The notes under the pieces: generated by a model
Seen by the model: only the letters and a program-made list of their open reading frames with translations
Database searches by the model: none
Told to the model about the DNA's origin: nothing
Source: Podarcis gaigeae
Taxonomy: Eukaryota
Reading direction: 5' to 3' (one strand)
Length of the DNA stretch: 64,000 nt
Assembly: GCA_964106915.2 (NCBI GenBank)
Contig: OZ066919.1
Position numbers and translations under genes: made by a program
Shown: piece after piece, positions 11,816-22,011 of the stretch
Position numbering within the stretch: the first letter of the stretch is position 1
Layout of the letters: every line of letters begins with the position of its first letter

Positions 11816-12769
11816 CAAAGTGTTTTGTTCCACTTTGGGTGGCCTTTTACTCTGTGGGATACGAATCCCATGAATATTGATTGGCACTTCCCAAGAGAAC
11901 AGAGAGCATTCTAAAATTACTCAAAGATAGGAGGAAAAATAGATGCAGCACCCTTATCTAAGAGTTACCCTTTTCTTAGTTATGATGAACCTAAAAGTAT
12001 GCATTTTGGATGAGATGAGGCCTTAGCCGGAACCCACATAACTTCATTGGCCTTTTTTTCCACCAAAGCTTCTATTGAAACCCCTTTGAAGTTTTTCCTA
12101 ATACCCAAGACTCTGGAAATAGCTTGCAAGCCCCTGGCAAAAATCCTAGAAGCTTGAGGATCAAGAATATTACCCCCTAAGGAATCAGAAAAGCAAAAGT
12201 ATGTTCCATGTACAGCTGGATGTTGCTCAACATCCAGTTTTGATGTCTTTCCACATGTGTTACAGCTCATCTACATAGTTTCTGTTGTCCTGATTTATTG
12301 CTATTATGCTAATCTAGGAATTTAAGAAGTTAAAACTCTCAGAGCAGGTACATCATAAACTGGGTGTGCCCTGCATTGGTATCATGTATCTGGTTATGAA
12401 AACTACATATATCACTCCAGAGCAAAGCATCCTACATCTGATTGCATTCATTTGAAGAGCAACTATGTGGCACTGGATATCTTTGTGCCATGACTGCTTT
12501 GTTTTCTCACAATATGAACCCTGACTTCAGTTGTACTCATCAGCTGTGTGCTCCTTTTGCAGAGTTGTGAGTCACAAAGTGCTGAACATGACCTAGAGAA
12601 GGCTGATCTATACCAGAATCCTGCAGCAGGTACCTTGGTTTTAAGTTGCTAAGGCAGGGTCAAGCAGGGTCAGGTAGGTCAGGACCTGGGACAGCTCACA
12701 GTGCAAATTCCCAGGAACAGTTGAGATTGTTCTGCCAAAAGATCTGGTATTTGTAGTGCAGATTTAGAT

Positions 12770-12930
12770 ATCATACACACCATGCATTTCTCCCACCCCC
12801 AATAATCCTGGGAACTGTAGTTTCTCCCTTACAGAGCTACAATTCCCAGCACCCTTAGCAAGCTATAGTTCCCAGGATTCTTGAAGGGTATGTGTGTTTT
12901 AAATGCACTTGAAATGTATGGTGGTTATGC
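12770..12930. mobile_element. Palindromic squamate MITE
   Basis: Inverted arms aatcctgggaactgtag / ctatagttcccaggatt; a fragment of the same family lies at about 24090-24160. Confidence 0.65.
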
Positions 12931-14989
12931 AGCCTTAGTTACATATCAGAAAAAGAATTGTTACAGGGTTGAGAGATCTGTGTCTGCATTCCGTAAGAAT
13001 CCCATAATTTCTTGCTGCTTTCTTACATCTCCAGCATTCCAACAAAATGTCTCTTGGCTAAATTTGTAGCATATAAAAGCAGCAATGCTAACCTTGTGGT
13101 CTAGATTTTTCTAGCACAAATATTACCAGCTTTCCTAGCACCTGACAACATTGTTACACCTTGACTTGTGTCTCACAAACCTGTTCCATGTAAAGTCAAA
13201 TTAATGGCATGTGTGCAGGTGCCAGATGCTCATTGCCAGAGTTCTGCTCAGGTGAATTTTTCAAATAGAGACCAATGGGAGATAAAATACTAAAATTCAC
13301 TTTTTCTCATTGCTTACTGTTTTGGAACATTTTTTAATGAAAGACACTATATAAACTTAGATGGAGCTGACTCATGTGGCAAGCTGACCAAACTTGCTTG
13401 AAACACTGCATCCCATCAGTGCTTGTTGATCCCTGAAGTGGATGCTGAGTCATTAAGCCCAGTGGCTGTTTATTTAGCCTTAATGTAGAAGAGGAGTGAG
13501 AACAGCATGTTGTAGACAGGAAGCGGAGTATTCTCTGGAGGGGAATTTGTATGGTTTGGACCTCTGGCAGAATCTCTGCTTTGTTTGGGGTAGGTTGGCT
13601 TTAGATGAGTGCAACAGGATGCACCCAAGAATTTTACTAGGATCATTTTGTGATCTAGCTCTATTACAAACCTGCATAGTTAGAAAGCTGGAAAAAGACC
13701 TTGTTACTTGGGAATAACTCATACTAAATAAGCTGAGGCCAACCTGGGTTGTAAAAAAATATTAACTGTGTTATTATCTGTTCAGTCAGCTCCCTGAGCA
13801 CTAAGGAATCAGTATTCTTATGTGCGTGCCAGCATTTCATAACAGTTTATTTTGCTATGGTGCTATCCTACATTGCAATACATTAACTTATAGAAGTTGG
13901 CATATATGAAAACATAAAACAAAAATGTAAAAATCCATTAGATAGCTATTGAAAGCCACTATAATTTCCTTAGGAGAGTTCCCCCCCACCCCTGAATTTT
14001 ATTCCACTAATACAAGATGTACACCAATTTTTGGCGGCTTCTTCTGCGCTAGAGCCTTGAGATTTACTAGCCTGAACCAGTCATAAAAAGTGGAGCAGGG
14101 CTAGTTGAAATTATCTGCTGTCTCCTACAATGAGTCATACATTGGGATACACAGTTTACATAAGTTACTGCTTCACAGGATGTTCAACTGAAAATAGTGC
14201 TGAGAACACTTTCCCTTCTCCCCCTCCATTTTCAAAAGAAAAAAAAAACCTACTTAAGGAAGAGCATGCCACAATGGAACTTTATTCTGAGTGAAATGCA
14301 TAGGATTATACTCTCATTGTCTTCTTTCCCATCCATTATTCATCTTTAAATGAAAGGTCTGGCCTCTAGCATTTTAGTAGGGAGCTCCAGCTAAGGTGGG
14401 GAGTTGTAAAAGGTTTGCAACATTAGGAGGAAATAGCCTTATGCCAAGTCAGACTTTTTCTCTTCTTCCTCCCCTCTCCCATTTACCATGCTGCTTGATA
14501 AAAGCTGCCTCCACTCAGGATATACACTCTTCACAGCCCTTCAAGCAGCCACACTTCTTTACTTTACTGTCTAATGATAGATAGATCTTGTAATCTTTGC
14601 ATATTATATATTATCTGCCTTTTCCATTAACTTGCATAATTCTGCTTTCATAGTGTAAGTCTTTCCTTTGTTTAAATGTGGTTTGCAAAGCCAAACTCCT
14701 AACTCTTCTGCACCTTTTAACTTGTTGAAAAGCTCAGTGCCTGATAGTCTTGCCTCCTTATGGTCATAATTTTCGCAGTAGCTATTTGCAGTTGTCCCAG
14801 TTCTGAATTATAAGTAACCAAAACATACAGTATTTTTTAAACGACGTTTATATGCCAATTTTCTGCGAACACACCCCAGGCAGTTTGCAGATTCCACCTT
14901 TTTGTCACAATATAGAAATATTGTGGCACATACCTTTTGGAACTCTTTCTTGTTAAATATATGTCACATACTGAAGACAGGCACCGTCA

Positions 14990-15170
14990 CCATTGTCTTT
15001 TTGGCACATACTGAAGACCTTTCTTTCCGAACAAGTCTTTTGAGTAAAGATCTTTCCCAGACTGCATCTGTATTGGAATTGTTTTTAGATGCTTTAATTG
15101 TTTTATTGCTTATGTGATCACTGCCTTGGACTCCTTTGGGAGGAAGAGTGGAATATACATCTAAAATACT
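14990..15170 (+). mobile_element. L2 LINE 3' end
   Basis: ctgaagacctttctttcc..., then a T-rich UTR and ctgccttggactcctttgggaggaag terminal motif. Confidence 0.5.
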
Positions 15171-15599
15171 ACAACTACTAATGCTTTGTAGACCTACCTG
15201 CTACCTAAATGTGAAGTGAAAGAAAATTAAGAAGAGAATCGCCCATTCAGATATATTCACTTGTTATGAAAAGAACCAATTTTGAGTTGAAACAATTTAT
15301 TTTTATTTATAAAAATTTTACAATAGTGTCCAAACCTACTTTTTAAAATTAAGGAGGTAGCATTATTTTGAGAATGCACAAATAAAAAAAAAATACCTCC
15401 AGTGAGAGCAGGATCCAGTACACGATACTCCTGATTTAGTGCTATGTCATGCATCATTCTGGTTCTTGGTTAAAATGAGCTCTTTATTGTTTACTGTAGT
15501 ATCATGTTCCAAAAGCAGGTTCAGTGCTGAAAAGTCATGTGTACATCTTTAATAGCCAATCTAAACTAAACATTGTAGTAGTCATCACAACTTTGTAAG

Positions 15600-16019
15600 G
15601 TTTGGCAGTTAGGCATTGGTTGAACTTGTGTTGGGGGAGGTGAGGTGTGGCCATCACGTGCCCCTCCAGTATTAAGGGTATTCCATTAAAGGAATCTGGG
15701 GGTGTGGATCTTGTCCGAAGCCCAGGGAGGGTCTAAGGCTATGCCATGACCCCATCGGGAACCCAGGGGGAGCTCGAGTTGATTTTCATCAATGGGGCTC
15801 CCCCTATTGGTGGTTGACCCTTACAAGACTCCCTGCATGGCAGGCAGGAGTCAGATATAGTCGGGTCAATTCCAATGCCTAAGCCAATACCAGTCACATT
15901 CTGTAACCAATAAAGTTGTGGCCAAAATTTGCCCAATAACCATTAACCTAATATCTGTGTCCTTGTGTCTTATTCATCATTGGGGGGGGGCGGGTGACCT
16001 CGGGGTTTTGACACGCAAA
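15600..16019 (+). mobile_element. Probable DIRS-like (tyrosine-recombinase retrotransposon) terminal fragment
   Basis: GC-richer insert with ccaataaagttgtggcc (AATAAA 15909-14) and an internal complementary pair ttaggcattgg (15609-19) / ccaatgcctaa (15872-82). Family call from recall. Confidence 0.4.
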
Positions 16020-16807
16020 CAGATTCAGTGCTGAAAAGTCATGTGTACATCTTGAATAGCCAATCTAAACTTGAGTTTGTAGTACATCCGTACAAGAGTT
16101 GGAGCCCAATGCTCTGGTTATGGCATAGAGGTGGTTGTCTACAAATCTGCCTGTCTCTAGATTGCCACATTGCTGTTTGCTCCCTGGCTCAGTAGATAGA
16201 AACCACATTAATCTACCAGGGGCTGCCTGTAACTGCACTACATAGGGTGGCATCTAATGTTGTGGAGTTGACTTATGGCATACTTCCCAAAATGGTTTCC
16301 CAGCCTTGATTGCACCGAATAGACCTGTTGCACGTATGAGTAATGCAAGTAGCTCCCTCCTTACGTGTAGAAAGTGCTGCAGGTCTTTAGTGAAAGCAAT
16401 GTGGTTTATTGTTCAGGATATCCACTTGGTACACATCAGAAAGAGAAGCAAAGAGGGAAGACACTGTATGTAACAAAGAAACAATGGAGAAATAGATTCT
16501 CAAAGGTGCCTGTGTTTATTGAAGCTCAGTCATTTTGGAAATAGAATTTTATTTTTCAGAGTCAATCTGAATTTTTAGCTCTAGGATATTCTTGAATCAA
16601 AGTAATGTGCTATAACATACAACCTAAAGAATGTATTTATGTAAGGTTTGTTGCCCTTTGTCTAATTTCTAATTGTTATGCTGTAACTTAAATATACCAG
16701 TGCAAATTCATTCATTAATCATCTTGGTCCCTGAAGTCTTTGTACATCAATACTATGGGGGGAAAATGAAGCAAGCTAACCCTTCCAATGTATTTTTTTC
16801 TTAACAG

Positions 16808-16871
16808 ATAATCTGATCAAAGCCATCTTGTCAGCAACCAAAGATTATCGTCTTACTCCAGCCCTAGACAG
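16808..16871 (+). CDS. ST3GAL3: ST3GAL3 exon B (64 nt, phase 1-2): (D)NLIKAILSATKDYRLTPALD(S)
   Basis: ttttttcttaacag acceptor and gtgagt donor. Matches ST3GAL3 DNLIKAILSVTKEYRLTPALDS; phase joins exons A and C. Confidence 0.96.
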
Positions 16872-17604
16872 GTGAGTAGATTCTTTTGGGAGCCTGAAGG
16901 AGCCCCTGGGAGTTGGTGGCCATTAATAAACTGCTTCCCTATGGGCTCTTGGCTTTGGAATAAAATGAGGAGCTGGGAATGATGCTCCTGTTCCAATCCA
17001 TGGGGTCTATAAAATAGTTTTTTTGACAGCTTCACAAATTTTATTCTCTAGTGTTACCGCAATCTGCTTGATTCCCTACATTTCAAAATAAATAACTGAC
17101 AATCTTTCAACAAATGCATTAACTTGTCACAACCTCCCCCAAGGTATCATTGTAAGGCAGCAGAATTGCACAGTGTTTATTCAGACAAATATAAGGTTCA
17201 GCTTGTTCTCACTAACAGCTCCTCTTCTAAACCCTATGTTTATAGCTGTGGGGCAGTGGAGCTGATAGCAAGACTGATTATGGAAATTTTTACCTGGCTT
17301 TCAGAGGTGTGAGCTGTTAATGCACATATTCATGGGAGCAGCAAACTTGGATGTACTGGCAGACATGTTCATTTCTCTTCCGTCCCCCCCTCCAATATTT
17401 TGCTTTTAATATAGAACATTCTTCACTAATCTATTGGCACATGGTGGAATCTCATACCTATTGTTGTTGTCTAATACTACCTTAGCACCAAATTCTTGCT
17501 GTTTTCCTTTGCCTCAATTTCTTCTACTGAGCTTTGTACCTCACTAAACATATTTTACATTCTGAATTGGCAAGAAAAATTGAGATAACTCTGTTCTGGG
17601 TCAC

Positions 17605-17815
17605 CTGTCATAACCCATAGTTTAAAACAAACAGTGGTTTAGTGTGAACAGGCCGCATGTCCCATTTCTACTGCTGCAGTTCCATGGATGAACCAAACCA
17701 GAATCTGGCATGTTGTGTTGCTCACACCCAGGAAAACCACAAGTGGTAAGCAAGGTTTGTTCTTGGCTTACCACTTGTGATTTGTTTGGAAGAAACAAGC
17801 CACAATCCTTGGTAG
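17605..17815. mobile_element. Degenerate MITE with central 14-bp inverted repeat
   Basis: cacaagtggtaagc (17738-51) / gcttaccacttgtg (17766-79). Confidence 0.5.
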
Positions 17816-18626
17816 AGATTAAACCGATAGAAGGGAAAGAGATAAGAGAGACTTGAGGAAGTATGCAAGGAATTAAGGCTACACAGACAGAGATTAAAGG
17901 TTAAATATGAAGTTCTACAGAGTAGAGTTAACCCATCCTAAAATCAGACAATTTTAAATAAATACTTTTTCAACCTTTTAGACAAGCCATTTTCATTCTC
18001 CTTTCCATTGAGTTACCTTAAAATAGTAAAATAGAAGAATAATAGTCCATTTTTATACAGACTGGATATGAGAAAGAGTTAAATCAAGATTGTAGATCAC
18101 TGTATATACTTGAAATATTACTGAAGTGAGGTGATAGTATTGCAGTTTTCAGTTGAAGCAAGAAGTGTTACCCTTGTTCTTGAACCAAAAATTCGATCAG
18201 CATCTCATCTTGTCTAGGAGTACTTCCAAGTGTCTGTCTTACTTCTGATATGACAACTTTATGGAAATGTGATCTGGTTTACAGACAGCCTACTATTGTG
18301 CTGTACTTTCTGCTTCAGTTGTGGTACTCCTTTGAGGCAGTTTTCAGTGTTTTTCTACACATCTTTGTATTTATGGTATCCCAGAGCATTCCTACTCTCC
18401 TCTTTCACATTGTTGGAGCCACTAAATGTAACCACAAATCATATGGTATCTGGGACCTAGTTTCCAAAGTTATACTCAACAATACACAATATTTTTAATG
18501 TATATAAGACTTTACAGAGCAATAAGTGGGAGGAAGAAGGAGAAAGAGTGAAATTAAGGAAGTGGCTTGTGTAGTACATAGACAGTTTTTACTCATCCTT
18601 CAGCCTCCAATTCCTGTTGGCAATTA

Positions 18627-18939
18627 CTGTACTTTTCTGTGTACAAGACAAGGGTTTTTTACTTGAAAGTAATGTAAAAAAATCAGGGGTCGTCTTATAC
18701 ATGAGTAGTGCAGAGGAGGGATGTGCGCAGCTGCAAGCAGGAGCTTGTGTGCGGCGATTGGGTGGGTGAGTTGTGGCTGTGGCAAGGGCTGCCATGGATT
18801 GGCTGCTGCTGTGATTGTCAGGGTTTTTCAGTCGTTTGATTTATTTTCGGCATCCCCCTCCCCACCAAAAAAGCTCAACACTTCTGGGCCATTTCCCCCC
18901 ATTTTCTCCCCCCATAGTCTTATTCACGGAAAAATAAGG
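18627..18939. mobile_element. Tc1/mariner (Tc2-like) non-autonomous element
   Basis: Imperfect 23-bp TIRs ctgtacttttctgtgtacaagac / gtcttattcacggaaaaataagg, with TA on both sides. Confidence 0.7.
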
Positions 18940-19124
18940 TAATTCTTAAAATTACAATGCTCTTATTATGTCCTTGAAAGAGGATGTAAAAAGGAGCCTT
19001 TGAATGTAGTCGCTTTGACTTCTCCTGAACTACAGGAAGCACTGATGAGGAAATGTTGAAGGATCTGGATTGGGAATTTTATCTTGTATAAAAGGAGGAG
19101 ACAACATGGGACAATAATGCTTTT

Positions 19125-19251
19125 ATATTATTTATTTCATTTATGTCCCACTTTTCCTCCAATGATCTCAAAGTGGCATACAACCCCCCTTCCACTGTAT
19201 CCTCACAACAACCTAGTGAGGCAGGCTAGTGAAGGGAAATTGACTGGCCCA
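19125..19251 (-). mobile_element. Squam3/MIR-like SINE 3' fragment
   Basis: tttatttcatttatgtcccacttttcctccaa...cctcacaacaacctagtgagg; complementary to the 3' half of 21804-22011. Confidence 0.6.
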
Positions 19252-19853
19252 TTGTATGTAACAGGGAGTGAAGCAAAGTGTACCATCCAGTCCATTGAGC
19301 AGAGGACAAGAGGAAATTGGATTAAACACAGATCCAGGTCTAATGTCAAAGTGAATAGTAAAATAAAGGGAAGAGAATTGCAGTAGGAATTCTAACATGA
19401 TTTTAACTAACAATCTACAACTGTCATTTTCCTCTTAAGGATTGTTTATTTGGGACCTTTCTCTGCATATTTTCCTGTGCATAGATAAATGGTATTTAAT
19501 TAAGCAGTTACTATTCTTCTGTGCAAACAAAATCTGCACTTAGTTTCACTGTTTAACTCTTCCCTTACAGTTGTTTCATTATGAAAAGAAACATTTTGTT
19601 AGCTATTTAAATGCAGTGATTTCATCTTGAGCCAATAAGCCTAAGTAGATATGGTGAGAACATTTCCTCCTTTTGCTACCTGTGTTGCTATGCTCCCTGT
19701 ATTATAAATTGACAGAGTTTGTTACTGCAAATTAATAGAGTACAGCCTCCTGATTATACTTACAGTGTCTGAATTGGATCTTGACCAGGAGGAGCTCTGT
19801 GCTTGTGGATTTTACTGTTTACCCAACTGCCCTTATCTCTGCTTCCTTCCCAG

Positions 19854-19949
19854 TCTCAGTTGCCGGAGATGTGTTATTGTGGGAAATGGTGGTATTCTAG
19901 CAAACAAGTCACTGGGTTTGAAAATCGATGACTACGACATTGTTATCAG
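19854..19949 (+). CDS. ST3GAL3: ST3GAL3 exon C (96 nt, phase 2-2): (S)LSCRRCVIVGNGGILANKSLGLKIDDYDIVI(R), first half of sialylmotif L
   Basis: cttccttcccag acceptor, gtgagt donor; CRRCxIVGNGG sialylmotif L. Confidence 0.97.
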
Positions 19950-21097
19950 GTGAGTTGTCCACACAGGGGAGAGGAATAGGTGTTCTATAATTCTTTTCCT
20001 ACTATGTGCAGTAGAGGTTTGCAGCACCTCTGGCCCTGTCAGATTCCAGTGTCCTTGGCACAATATGCCTCAGATAAAAGACTAAGGTTGGAATTAGAAA
20101 GTGTGGCAGATGTGGGGCTGCTGCTAAAAACAGCAGCTTCTTGTTTCATTCTCTTCCCCTTCCGCAGTAGCAACTAATAATACAATGTGTGACATAAAAT
20201 CATCTCATTCTGAGTTGCAAACAGCTAATGAAATGTAGTGGGGAAATCTGGGGCACACTGGCAAGACGTTAAATGTTTTTCCTTATCGGGGAGGCATAGG
20301 AGGATGTGGGACTACTGCTTTTCAGAACAGCCATTCTGATATTGTCTAGTCCTGAACTATAAGAGATAGAGACCCAGTTGCCAGTTTCTTGGTTTCCTGT
20401 TGGAAGGAAATTGTGGTGCAATGGTGACATCGCTTCATATGTCGAGTACCCAAGGGCATTCAAGGAGCTCCTTTTCCAGAGTTGGATACCAAAATTTTTC
20501 ATCTTCAAGTGCTTAGGGATGCTCTGGTTTGTGGACAACTAGTTTCAGTTTATAAGGCAGTCTTGCTAGCACTACCTCATGAGCATGATTATACCACAAA
20601 CTAAATTGTAGGTGAAAAGTTCTATGCACTTATGCTTTGTGATAAGCTTTGATGATAAATATCGGCCCACACCATAGTCCTAGTAGAGAATAACTACTTA
20701 CCAGCAGTTCAATATGTTCTAGGAAAAATCAAGATAGTGTAGATGGATGAGAATGGGCACTAATAACTTCTTTTATATTTGTATTGAGAATAGTGGCTGG
20801 CTCTTTATTTGAGTGCTTAGCTTCTCACTTTGGCCTGTGGAAGAATCAGGAAACACTAAATTCTGAAATTCTTGGTTGCTCAGTCAGGTCTAATTGATAA
20901 TCTCTTTATACACATTAACTCCAGAAGTTGGATGCAAGCAGTTTTAACTGCTTCACTGGCAGTTACGAGCTCTCAGCATATTTGCTCATGTCTGACTTTT
21001 GTTTAATCTTATAGTTTCTATCCTGTGTTTTTGCTACCATTTCAAACTGAACTCTGGTGTAAATGCAACTGGCAGCTCTTCTCTGAACTCTCTGTAG

Positions 21098-21284
21098 GCT
21101 GAACTCTGCTCCAGTGAAAGGCTTTGAAAAGGATGTTGGTGGCAAGACAACAATGCGAATAACATACCCAGAAGGGGCCATCCAGAAACCAGAGCAATAT
21201 GAAAAGGATTCCCTCTTTGTGCTGGCAGGGTTCAAGTGGCAGGATTTCAAGTGGCTGAAGTACATTGTTTACAAGGAAAAAGTG
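21098..21284 (+). CDS. ST3GAL3: ST3GAL3 exon D (187 nt, phase 2-0): (R)LNSAPVKGFEKDVGGKTTMRITYPEGAIQKPEQYEKDSLFVLAGFKWQDFKWLKYIVYKEKV
   Basis: ctctctgtag acceptor, gtaaga donor; RLN-AP...DVG-KTT completes sialylmotif L. Confidence 0.97.
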
Positions 21285-21803
21285 GTAAGAGTTACTCTGG
21301 AGAAGAACTCCTGGTATTTCCTGACTTTTTGCTTATAGCTCTCAGTGCTGTGCTTACATTTCTTGCACAGCTCTGTTTCTGTGGAATGCATCCTATCCAT
21401 TTGCCTTTCAAAGTAATAAAATGGGCTTCAGAATGCCTTTCTAATCTCAAATGACCCTGAGTTTGAACACCGACAAAATAAAGCAGAAATGTGGGGTTTG
21501 AGGCATGTAATAAATAAATACGGTAATTTAAAATGGCAGCGTAAGAACAACATATCTTTGTAGGCTGCTTGTTATTGATAAAAACAAGGCTGATAAATTA
21601 ATCCAATATTCAAGGCAAATAAATTCAAACAAAATAGGAAAATGATTTGGGAGATAAGCTAGGCTATCTAAGAACACTCCAGTCAGGCTGCTATTCCTTT
21701 TCAGGTTATTTTTGGTCTCACATACCTGTTTCATTCTGGCCTTTTTTAGCTGCTTGAGACATAAGTTGTACTGTAAGCATAGAACACATTTTTTCATAGG
21801 TTG

Positions 21804-22011
21804 AGAATCCAGTGTGGGGTAGTGGAACCCTGGGAGTCTAGGGTTCAAATCCCCACTCAGCCATGCTCACTGGGTGATCATGAAACAGTTACTGCCTCTC
21901 TTAGTTACTAACCTACCTCTTAGAGTTGTTGTGGGGCTTAAATGTTGAGGGGGAGAACCATGTCCACCATCCACAGCTCCTTAGAGAAAAAAATGAATAT
22001 AAATGCAATAA
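21804..22011 (+). mobile_element. Squam3/MIR-like tRNA-CORE SINE
   Basis: Box A-like tggggtagtgg, box B gggttcaaatccc, CORE ctgggtga...acctacctc...gttgttgtg, A-rich tail. Confidence 0.7.
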
